A DNA stretch of 64,000 bases. It comes from Mizuhopecten yessoensis. Taxonomy: Eukaryota. Below the pieces are notes generated by a model, which saw nothing but the letters and a program-made list of their open reading frames with translations, made no database searches and was not told the DNA's origin. Of the stretch, positions 52,546 through 63,639 are shown in pieces. The stretch's first letter is position 1, and each line of letters begins with the position of its first letter. A program made the position numbers and the translations under genes. The DNA is taken from the NCBI RefSeq assembly GCF_002113885.1, contig NW_018408877.1:124001-188000 (forward strand), written 5' to 3'.

Positions 52546-53429
52546 GCAGAAGTTGTTTGTATTAGCGCCAACAAACGATGTTTGGGCTTCGGTGCTTCAT
52601 AAAGTCACTCGCAAACGGTTTTAAATGTCAGAGGGTCGTCGATAAAAGCAAGCCGGCTTTTATCTCTCAAGATAATTCATATTCTTCCACACTTCTGTAT
52701 TCATGAGAGTTTTCAGCTAGTCTCACAAAGTGTAATAGCGCGCGCATGAAACCATGCATCATTGGCCCTTTTATCCATTTAAAATGTATAGTATGTGTTC
52801 AATGCTTCCTAGTATAAACAAACAACATGGAAATGAATACTCATTGGAAGGGTAAAAAGCGTAATTGAGTTGCAATTTCTAGCCCGCAGAGATTTTGCTT
52901 CACATCATGGCGTATTCATCATAAAAAGCTTACAAAACTACCTAAATGTATCTCTCTACAAGTTAATTGCTCTGATTTCTAAGTTTATATATTTTAACGT
53001 CTCGATAAAAAATATGCATTAGGACGTGACTTTAACTAGAAAATGTTCATATAGTAAATAATTGCAATACATGTATATTAAATGTCGCAATGATGTACTG
53101 CAGTAGGATTTGTTAGATCAGTGCAACGCAATTATCTTTCAAATTTTAATCAAATTAATTTTTTTGGTTTATAAACAGCATACCTTGGACCGAATCTATA
53201 CATCTATACCCTATCGTAAAGTTAAAAAACTTAAGATCAAGAATTTTGGTAAATTGGACAAATTTGAATTGTACTTCATCAAGTGTCATATCTATGGGAA
53301 TAGCTTGTATAATTGCTAACTATTAAATTCTTTATATTTTTAATGTAATATAGTAATATAATCCTATAATCCAATCGAATTTATTCTTTAATATTGCTAT
53401 AAGTAATGAATATGTCCATGGGACCACTC

Positions 53430-55745
53430 CCTTGAGTAAATTTGCCTTCTTATACTTGTAACCTTTTAATGCCGTATGCCATCATCCTGTCAGGCCTTGG
53501 ACCAATTCTGTAAGGCTTCATCAATACCTTGGCCTTCACATTCACTCGGACAGTAACGGCTACGTCTGCTACGTCGGGTGAGAGGCCAGGGCAAACGTAA
53601 GCAGACTCAATACCGGCCACACACAATGCAGTGCACCGGAAGGGACACAATATACAAATGTATTTAGTGTGAACAAGAACGACGGAAAAAGGCAATACGT
53701 TGGAAAATCCATGCATTGATTTTTCGGGAGTATTTGCAGCGTTTCACAACCTTCGTTTTTCTTTTTTTACGTTTGCGTTATATGGCGTTGATTTTGTTAA
53801 TGTCAATGGTAAATTGTTCATCAACATGTTGAATGTCATTGGTGTCGTAAAATTCAGATGTAATATAATTGGAATTAACTAAACAGTTTGAACGATTAAG
53901 TGTGATTGAGTATTGATTTTTGAAGTAAACGTATTTCTATTCGGGATAGGTATCGATTCCATATAATGTCTGACGAACTTAACATTAATACCTTTATCGA
54001 AGCTGACCATTGAATGATAAAGGGATCTGGCAACAGGTATGGAAACCGATACCAGACAGTACCGGATGTCATCAACTTCATTTCTTAGACCATTGATGAT
54101 GTAGCAGGCTGATTGTGAGGATGCTGCTGCTGCTGCTGAAAATGATGATGATATGATGATGATTGATGATGATGATGATGCCCAATTCTATACTGCTTTA
54201 TCAATACATGTACATTGGCCTTCACATTCGCTCGGACAGTAACGGTTACTTGTCACGAGTTAGAGGCCATGGCAATGTAAGCAGCGGACTTGATGCCGAA
54301 CACACACAATGCAGTGCACCGGAAGTAAAACAAAATATAGGGTGTGAACTGGAGATTACTGGAAATTAAACATGTTATAATAAGCAAAGATGGAATTAGA
54401 TTGAAAATTCTTATCACAAATGTATTAAAAAGTGCAGCGTTTCACAACTGTCGCTCATAATTTGTTACGTTTACATTATTTGACAGAGATTTCGCTATTT
54501 TCGACGGTAATCCGTTCATCAATACAGTTAATGTTAGTTATGTCGCAAAATCTAGATATAATATTATTGGTATTAACGCAATAGTTTGTAATATTAAGAG
54601 TAATTGAAGTATTGATTTTTAAAGTCACCTTAAAGGTATCAAGATAAAAATCGTTTCCATGCATTTACAGTTTTTACCTTCTTGGAGCTGATCGATTGGA
54701 TGAAGGAAAGATCTCACAACAGGGGTGAAAACTATCAACTTCTAGCTGAGACTGCAGGTCATATATCATTTTCAATTACCGGCGAAGACGTCGCATGCTT
54801 CAATCCACTGACGACGACGATACCGATTACGATGACAACGGCAACACATTTCAAAAATAAATTATATTTGATATAATGTTCTAATATTGCTTAAGTCTGG
54901 TTGACTTTGCTCATGGTCAATAAACCAACACCATTGAGTAAAACTGCATTGCTATACAATGTGCTTGTAATGTTATAATGCCGTTTGCTATCATACTGAT
55001 AGGCTCTGGGCCGATTCCGTAGATATTTATATCAATGTAGTGGCCTTCATACCCACGCGGACAGTAACATTTACGTCTGCGCGAGTGAGAGGCCTTTTAC
55101 GTGAGTAAAACTGAGTTAAATCTGAACAGATTCATCAATATACTGGCCTTCACATTCACACGGACAGTGACACTTACGTCTGCGCGAGTGAGAGGCCTTT
55201 TACTGAATAGTGACGGCAATACAAGTAGTGGACTCGTTGCCGGACGCCCACAATGTCGTTTACCGGAAGTGACATGATGGAGACTGCGAACAGGTGTATA
55301 GGAAGGTTATTCATCAACACGCTGAATTCACCGGTGTCGCAAACATCAGATGTAATACAATTTGCATTGACGTAATAGTTTGAAAGATTAAGAGTAACTG
55401 AACTATTGATTTTTACAATGAATGTACAGCGATTCAGGATATAAATCGGTTCCATGCGCTATATCTTTGCACGTATTAAACATTCCCTTACATTGAACTG
55501 GCCAATAGGGTCAAAGAAAAATCTTACACACATTTGTGGAAATCATTTACACCGATACCAGACAATAAGGGATGTCATTATCAACTTCCTGCAGAGACCG
55601 GAAGTCATTAACAACTTCGTGCAGATATCACACAGTCGTCAATCCAGTGACGATGATGTTGGGGATGAGGGCGCTGATGATGAGGACGAGGATGTTGATT
55701 GTAAGGCTTCTGCTGCTGCTGCTGCTGATGATGATGATAATTGCT
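53430..55745 (-). pseudogene. Three tandem, decayed copies of an unidentified coding module
   Basis: Homologous blocks at ~53430-54085, ~54181-54790 and ~54930-55625 share minus-strand peptides VTVRVNVKA..Y.IGP.P..M.A.GI..LQ and KIN.S.TLN..N..VN, with many stops and frameshifts. Confidence 0.55.
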
Positions 55746-55999
55746 GAGCCTTAATCAGGAATAGAAACTACCATTTTTACAGACTCTCGTATGTCTCGGC
55801 CAGGGGACAGAACCCAAAGCCTTCCTCACAGGAGCGAACGCTCAACTAAAGGCCAAAACAGAGGCATTGTCAAGGGAGACATTAGGAAGAAGAAAGTTGT
55901 TTAGAAAGAAAAGAAAAGATAATGTCCCAAATTTAGTCGCCTCTTACGATCATGCAATGGGGGCAGCAAGTACAATTCTAACGCCCTACATGCAGGGAC
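55745..55999 (-). mobile_element. 3'-truncated SINE (tRNA-like head, Meta-like domain) with an extra 5' leader
   Basis: Minus strand: leader gtccctgcatgtagggcg...cgtaagaggcgactaa, pyrimidine tract, tRNA-like tggcctttagttgagcg...gggttctgtcccctggccgag, then aaaaatggtagtttc...gctcagca. Confidence 0.6.
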
Positions 56000-56679
56000 C
56001 GATGCTGATGAATACAATTCATGACTATTTCATGAGGACGCATACTAAAACGTTAAACTGAGCCTACAAGTAAGAATTCATGAATCGGTCCATTGTAAGA
56101 GTTATAACAGAGGGACATAACTTATACATAAGGGTAATGTCCAGGCAGCCGTAGGGGCGTTATGCGTGACATCCTTTTTATTTACTGTCATTGCTTTCTT
56201 TCTAATTTTGGAAAATTAAATAAGTTTTGAACCACACACGCATTTATCGAAGGGTTGGATTGTTTATATTGACATTTTCAGCAAACGGCGACATTTAAAT
56301 GTAGCAAAGACAAATGAGTTGCTTGCCTTAACGCCTACTGCTTTCCAATAAATTTGAGAATTCAAAATGTCGTAGTTGAAACTGAAATATAACGCTGTTT
56401 CCCTGTCCGTTATACCGATCGATTGGAAGCGTATTTAACGGCCAAGCTTCACGTTGTAGTAAATCCTAAAATGGTAATCACATTTCCCTGTGAAGCTTCT
56501 ACAACTTGATTTCTCTTTACTTTGCTGTAACTTTCTTGAAAATGCATTTGTTCTAATTACAAAAGTTGTTTATTTTATTTTATGATTTGGGCTTGGATTT
56601 CTTTTCTCGGGCGTCTTATTAACAGTATAGTTTATATAGGGACTTATCTTCATGTTTGTCATGTATGCGTGTGTATGCT

Positions 56680-57215
56680 GGGAGCGGTGCCTTTGTGTTT
56701 TTATCTCATTGCGATAGCGAAGATCTGTTGCCGACTTTAAAGTGTTACCTCACTGCAATACAATACCGAAGGCACGCAGCAAAATATTCCAACCAGTCAC
56801 ACTAAAATGACAACAGGTTTGATAGTTGTAGCGATAACCATGTATGCTGAACGTTTAGAAATGAATAACAAATACCATGTTCCGGACCTTTTTATGTTCC
56901 GGTCCGGGGAGAGAACCAATTGTCTTCCTCACTTTGTGAACGTTCAGCACAAAGACCAATATCAAGGTACTGACAAGCAATGCGCAAGGAGACAGAAAGC
57001 TATTAGAGGTAAAGAGAAAATGTAAATATCCAAAATTTGAAAATAATGTAACGGCTGCAGGACATTTATTTTAGCTGCTTTTTTGTCCTAAAGTAGAGGA
57101 CATAAACTACATATCCAAATCTGCCTGGGGTTCCCACTTTAGTGGCCTCTAATCACATGCAGCGACCAAAAGCAGGAATACCGGTATTCTTTTCTTAGTC
57201 CCCGACCTGTAGGGG
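56680..57215 (-). mobile_element. Older, diverged copy of the same SINE family
   Basis: Colinear similarity to 55745-55999 (aaataccat..., ggggagagaacc...cttcctcac...gaacgttca, tttagtggcctctaatcacatgca), plus additional 3' body. Confidence 0.5.
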
Positions 57216-57945
57216 TGAGGTTGTTAGGTAGGTCCCCGACCTGTAGGGGTGAGGTTGTTAGGAAGGTCCCCGACCTGTAGGGGTGAGGCTGTTAGGAAGG
57301 TCCCCGACCTGTAGGGATGAGGTTGTTAGGAAGGTCCCCGGCCTGTAGGGGTGAGGTTGTTGGGAAGGTCCCCGACCTGTAGGGATGAGGTTGTTAGGTA
57401 GGTCCCCGACCTGTAGGGGTGAGGTTGTTAGGAAGGTCCCCGACCTGTAGGGGTGAGGTTGTTAGGAAAGTCCCCGACCTGTAGGGGGTGAGGTTGTTAG
57501 GAAGGTCTCCGACCTGTAGGGGTGAGGTTGTTAGGAAGGTCTCCGACCTGTAGGGGTGAGGTTGTTAGGTAGGTCCTCGACCTGTAGGGGTGATGTTGTT
57601 AAGAAGGTCCCCGACCTGCAAGGGTGATGTTGTTAGGAAGGTCCCCGACCTGTAGGGGTGAGGTTGTTGGGAAGGTCCCCGACCTGTAGTAGTGAGGTTG
57701 TTAGAAGGTCCCGACCTGTAGGAGTGCTTTTGTTAGGAAGGTCCCCGACCTAGAGGGGTGAGGTTGTTAGGAAGGTCCCCGACCTGTAGGGGTGAGTTTG
57801 TTAGGCAGGTCCCCGACCTGTAGGGGGGGAGGTTGTTAGGTAGGTCCCCGACCTGTAGGGGTGAGGTTGTTAGGAAGGTCCCCGACCTGCAAGGGTGATT
57901 TTGTTAGGTAGGTCCCCGACCTGCAGGAGTGATTTTGTTAGGAAG
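57198..57945. repeat. G-rich minisatellite, 34-bp unit, ~22 copies
   Basis: Unit gtccccgacctgtaggggtgaggttgttaggaag. Confidence 0.96.
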
Positions 57946-58080
57946 AACAGAGAAAATATAACAGTCTAGTTTGGTCGTTTTTTGTGTCCCCAATAGAGTA
58001 TAAAAAAGTAATTATACAGAGGACTCCCACAATGGTTTCTCAGTACATCGAGTTGGAAACAAAAAGTATATTCTTTTCAA

Positions 58081-58646
58081 ATGCCTGACTGAAGGCGTTC
58101 TAATATGCCTGACTGAAGGCGTGTTAATATGCCTAACTGATGGCGTTTAATATGCCTGACTAAAGGCGTTCTAATGTGCCTGACTGAAGGCGTGTTAATA
58201 TGCCTGACTAAAGGCGTTCTAATGTGCCTGACTGAAGGCGTGTTAATATGCCTGACTTAAGGCGTTTTAATATGCCTGACTGAAGGCGTTTAATATGCCT
58301 GACTGAAGGCGTTGTATTATGCCTGACTGAAGGCGTTTTAATATGCCTAACTGAACGCGTTTAATAAGCCTGACTGAAGGCGTTTTAATATGCCTGACTG
58401 AAGGCGTTCTAATGTGCCTTAGTGAAGGCGTGTTAATATGCCTGACTGAAGGCGTTTAATATGCCTGACTGAAGGCGTTGTATTATGCCTGACTGAAGGC
58501 GTTTTAAGATGCCTTAGTGAAGGCGTTTAATGTGCCTGACTTAAGGCGTTTTAATATGCCTGACTGAAGGCGTTTAATATGCCTGAATGAAGGCGTTTAA
58601 TATGCCTGAATGAAGGCGTTTAATATGCCTGACCGAAGGCGTTAAT
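58081..58646. repeat. Minisatellite, 23-24-bp unit
   Basis: Unit atgcctgactgaaggcgttttaat. Confidence 0.96.
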
Positions 58647-59441
58647 ACGTTGATACGTATATTGACTTCTAAATATTGAATTAAATAAAAAAGAAATCAG
58701 TTTCAAATTATTTTAAAATGTCAAAACATATGATGACTGTATCTTTAAGAAATTGAATAATGTTAAACTGAAGTTGGTATGTTCATGATATCATTCATTC
58801 TGAATGTCAGTAATATCAATAGCGTATGCCGATGATCACATCAACATCCCTCCCACGCTGCAGTCGCTTATCAACATAGACTCCCTGAAGCTTGGTCAGC
58901 TTACCGGCTTTCAAAAACAGGTAACAAAATCATCATCATATTCACATACGCACGGACAATTTCTAAATTTATGTATTTCATCGATGCGTGGAATGGGCAA
59001 AATCCAGCCAAACGTGCGTATCCAAAGATGAGTGTCCAAAATAGACAGATAGTTTGTTGATCCTTTGAAAAATACTTTTATCTGGGCTATTTTAGCAGTG
59101 TATACAATTTACGTGGAAATATTCGGCAATGAAATTCATATTTATCTGTCGTAAACCTAAAGGTTCCTTCTAAACCGGGCTTATCAAGTACATTCTTCAG
59201 CTTAACAACGTCCGTGACACTACTGGTGCCATGTGCATCAACATGTTTATCCAACAGCTAGGTCGTCATACATAGACACCGTCCACAGATGACGGAGCCA
59301 CTATTCCAAACAAGGTCCATTGTTCAGCGCCTCTCGCTGAAATGTCAAAACACTCAACCTAAGCAAGGGATCTTGGCACGTGCACTCGAAAAAAATATTC
59401 TACCACCAGAAGTACTTAAAGAAGCTTCTTTACCAGAAGGA

Positions 59442-59630
59442 ATTCCGTCTTTGCATATTACAGAGTTATCTTCTCTTGGGAGCAGGTATTGATTGTTACG
59501 TCACTTGTTTGTGAGAGTAACGTCATCAATTTTTGAGAAAACGACGTAATTTTTTCACACAAACCAATGACGTAACAATCAATACCTGTTCCCAAGAGAA
59601 GCTAACTCTGCAATACGCAAAGACGGAATA
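59442..59630. mobile_element. Second copy of the palindromic MITE, opposite orientation
   Basis: Same TIRs as 50625-50814, with the internal segment reversed. Confidence 0.88.
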
Positions 59631-59787
59631 GTCGCGGTTTGGTTAAGAGATATGACGTCACACATATTTAACATTTAGTATGTATTCAAATGATCATTTC
59701 TAATATGCTCCGTTTTTTCCGTCTATTTCATTGACACGTGTAACGCAAGTAAATTAATTGTAATCATTTAAAGACGTTGCAATTTAT

Positions 59788-59865
59788 CATCCTCGATACT
59801 CCAGGTGTTACGCTCACTTTCGCTCTCTGCACCCCTGGAATATGTCATGGTAAAATTGAAGACAC
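59788..59865 (+). mobile_element. Orphan left TIR of the Mutator-like MITE family
   Basis: catcctcgatactccaggtgttacgctcactttcgc...aaattgaag matches 60613-60687. Confidence 0.65.
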
Positions 59866-60612
59866 AAAGACAGCTGTTTTATTGGTCTCCGGTATAAAGA
59901 TACATATAAAAATCCTGTTATTTCTCCCTGTAACCAACATTTAGTTTCTATCTATGTCGATAAGGTACATATTTTTTAGTTTGAAGAGGATTTTGACACA
60001 TTTTGTGGTATTATTGAATTTTTCAATTTAAGTCTTCTGTTGATTGACACAATATCACGGGTTTTTCTGCTGATTGGCTGGAAGCAAATCTCATGTTCTG
60101 CTGATTGGTTTACACAAGCTCAAGTGTTTTTCTGCTGATTGGCTAGAACCAAATCTGCTGATTGCATAACTTGTTTACACTACACATACAATTAGTCTGA
60201 TTTTAATTCTGGTTGACCAGATGGCGTGCTCCTTAGTACTAGATAAACAGTGATTGGTTGTCATCGCCTCGGTAATATTCTCTTCGCGTCACCAGCTGTA
60301 TTTTATATAATGCTACTTGAGGTTTTACATGTCCGAGATGTCATATGATGCTGAATTGACTATTTGCAACGATTTGCTCCTCTTTGTAAAAGTTACGTAA
60401 TGAATAAATAACGCATTTCATGTTCATTCCACAACTCTTTCTTCATAATATCACGTTATAAAGATGGTGTTTTTTCTGTGAACTATCTCGTTTTCGTTAC
60501 TATCCTTTGATGCGATGTGATATGTAAATTACGACGTGTGTAGATAAGGATCCCCGTACCACTGCCAAAATCTATAGCTACGCATTTGAAACTGTTTTTT
60601 CAGGCATGACTA

Positions 60613-60967
60613 CATCCTCGATATCCAGGGGTTATGCTCACTTTCGCTCTCTACACCCCTGGAATATGCCATAGCAAAATTGAAGGCTCGATGTGCGTCA
60701 CCTTGTTGATGAGACAAAAATTCTAGTTCGATCCTTTGATATACATAAAAATAATCTCGCGCTGACGTAACAGTAAACATTGACGAGCTTTAGAGTCAGG
60801 CGTCTCTCCTTTGTAACCTTCAAAGGACATGTATCAGCCTAGCGATTGATCAGGTTTTTTTTACCCGTGACCAATCAAACAGCTATCTTCGTGCCTTCAA
60901 TTTTGCAATGGCATATTCCAGGGGCGTAGAGAACGAAATTGAGCGTAACCCCTAGATATCGAGGATG
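60613..60967. mobile_element. Mutator(MULE)-like MITE with ~75-bp TIRs and 9-bp TSD
   Basis: TIRs catcctcgatatccagggg... / ...cccctagatatcgaggatg. Flanks gcatgacta (60604-60612) and gcatgtcta (60968-60976). Confidence 0.8.
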
Positions 60968-61105
60968 GCATGTCTATAGCTTCCCTTAACCATTTGTATA
61001 AAGATACCATACCTTACAGGCCTTTTATTGAAATAATCAAGACATAATACAAAATATAATCAAAGTGTTCTGAATGCAAAATAAAATTTTAAAAAAACCA
61101 AGAGC

Positions 61106-61179
61106 GGCCTTTAACCAGGATTCGAAGCCGGGATCTTTGATAGTTATACTTTCGCTCTAACCAGCTGAGCTAACTAGTC
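61106..61179 (-). pseudogene. tRNA-derived pseudogene or SINE head
   Basis: tagctcagctggttagagcg (A-box/D arm), ggcttcgaatcc (B-box) and a downstream T-run. Acceptor and anticodon stems do not pair. Confidence 0.6.
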
Positions 61180-62761
61180 TACGTAAGTGTTCTGGCTCGA
61201 CTGTGCTAAAGTTTTATCGGAAGCGAAATTAAGGAGAGGTTATTGCATATATGAAAAACCTCACTGCAGTGGGACAAGGATCCTTAATGTCACGTTACGA
61301 CGTTTTTCTGATGTCTCCGCCTTATAGTCACGTGACGTATTGATTAACGATCCAGTTTCTCAGGGTCCACCATTTCTGATGTTACACTTGCACTGAATCT
61401 ACAGTGTTAATATTTCCCACTGTTATAAATGCAAGCCAAGCTTTTTTCGAAGAAATGAAGCAGATATTCGAAATCCAAAGTAAACGTTTTAGTCAACCAT
61501 ATGACCATTTATTCGGTGGTAATAAAGGTATGATAAGTCAATGTATAAACATATGTAGAATACAGCGAAAGAAACAATATATACTTAGAATATTAGTCAT
61601 GTTTACCCTGCCGGAATAAATTTCAGCTACAAAGCAAGAGCTAACCTCGGAGTGTGTCCACCAGCAGAAACAGCCACTTTGTCACCTGAAGTAATCACTG
61701 AAAAAATGCAAGAAATGAAGCCCGTGTTTTGAAATTTCTAACATCTTACTGTCATATTGCAATTTCGTTCGAAATAATCGCAAGTTTAGGGAAATCTCTC
61801 AACAAAACACGCTTCACGGGTACCGACGTTTGGCGAAGGCATGGTTGCCTTCTTCAACTCTTAAAGAGATCAATAGGGACAGTCCTACTAATCTGTAACC
61901 TCGTGACGCCAATGTACTGTCTTGTGATGTGTATTTGACGACTCTTCCTCTGTTTTTACCTACGTAAAGCAGTTGTTATCGGTTGACATTTTGTTTACGA
62001 TCATTCCTCGGCAAGCAACCTCCAAACGCCAATGGACTCGGATATAGGCGCCGAACAGTTAAAGGAAAACTCGGCGAAAGCTGTCTTGGTGATAATATCA
62101 TGACAATGCTTTTTCAAGAATGACGCAGTTTTAAATGTCAAGTTTAAAACATGTAATACAGTCACTATGGGAAACATAAAAAAACTGCTAGCTATTAATT
62201 TCATTTCTTTAGAACACCTGTCAACAGGTTTGTTGTGATATTGTGTTACTATTTATGAAAAGACGAAAACATAAAGATGAAAAGAAAACAACTATTTCTG
62301 TAATTCACCATATACAAACAAACAACAATAGCCACAAACAATAACAATATGGTTAAATGTCAAGCAATCAACAACTGCTAAACATACAGTTAATTGTCAA
62401 CACTAAACATTCATTTTCCTCCTGTTTACATGGACCGTCTGGTGTCTTGTCATACGCGTGCTCAAAGGATTGGTGTTTGGTATTTTCTATTTTTTAAGCA
62501 GAGATACGATTCGAATAGGTTAAAAGAAAGACTGATGAACACAAATGTATTTAAATGCAATCCCCTTGCACAAGACTTAAAGTTTAATCGTAAGAGCAAC
62601 ATACAATTTAGCTGATTAATCCACACTTAAGTAACAGGGTTCTTCTGTATGACTGTAATTTGCAAAGAAGAATTCAATTCTGATACCAAAGTTTAACTTC
62701 TTTTCCTATTGCTTGGAGTATTCTACCCTGTGTAATACTTGAAGCAATTAAAAGACTGTTT

Positions 62762-62888
62762 TACTGCCAGAGAGTGACCTTTTCTACCCTGTGTAATACT
62801 GCCAGAGAGTGACCTTTTCTACCCTGTGTAATACTGCCAGAGAGTGACCTTTTCTGTGTAATACTGCCAGAGAGTGACCTTTTCTACC
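62762..62888. repeat. Short tandem repeat, ~35-bp unit
   Basis: tactgccagagagtgaccttttctaccctgtgtaa, ~3.5 copies. Confidence 0.9.
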
Positions 62889-63639
62889 GATTCATTCATT
62901 TATCAATGATCAATATGGTGTCTGTTTTTTATGGACTTTTCAGCCTATACATTGCACTCTCATTTTCACGGCGTGCATTATACATCCTCTATAGCAATAC
63001 TGATAGAGTGTAGCATTGCCAATATATGTTTGTCTCGAGCTCGCTCCTTGTGTACTTTTCAAATATTTATATTTCAAACGATTTTAATTATGTAAATTAC
63101 TATGCATTATTTGATTTAAATAAAATTCCCCTTAAAAGAATGACCAAACTAAATAATTCGTATAAATGACAATATAAATTATATATGGATAATATCTCCT
63201 ACCTCAGTGGATTGAAGTGAGATACACAGAAGATAAAATACAGAAGACTAGCACTGAAATACACGTATGGAAATATAACAGCAAAGTAAACATTAAGTGG
63301 AGCAACACTTAAAGAAAAATGAGTTAACAGGAAAAAACAACAATTAACACTGGATGATATAGATATAAAGTAAAAGGTTTCTGAATAACAATACATGAGG
63401 AAAGTATAGACTGAACAACACTTATAACATAATATATATAAATTGCCATATTGATGTTAATATTAAATACATTAAACTAAATGTATAGAAGAGGAACACT
63501 CAATGTCAAGAAAGGCTCCATATAGAAAACAACAGTTTTGAATCCAAAGCTAGGGTGCAAAAACATTTGCCATTAATGATGAAGTAATAAATGAAGCAAC
63601 TACTTATCATAGCTATATGAAATAAATATGCACAGGAGC

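Noticed and set aside
55924-55999. Canonical HDV-like or hammerhead ribozyme call for the SINE leader
   Set aside because: Helix order does not match HDV P1-P2-P3-P1.1-P4 and there is no CUGANGA/GAAA core. Kept only as an unclassified structured-RNA candidate.
44912-61179. tRNA-like sequences at ~44.9, 45.1, 46.5 and 61.1 kb as functional tRNA genes
   Set aside because: A/B boxes are present but acceptor and anticodon stems do not pair, and they are embedded in mobile-element structures.
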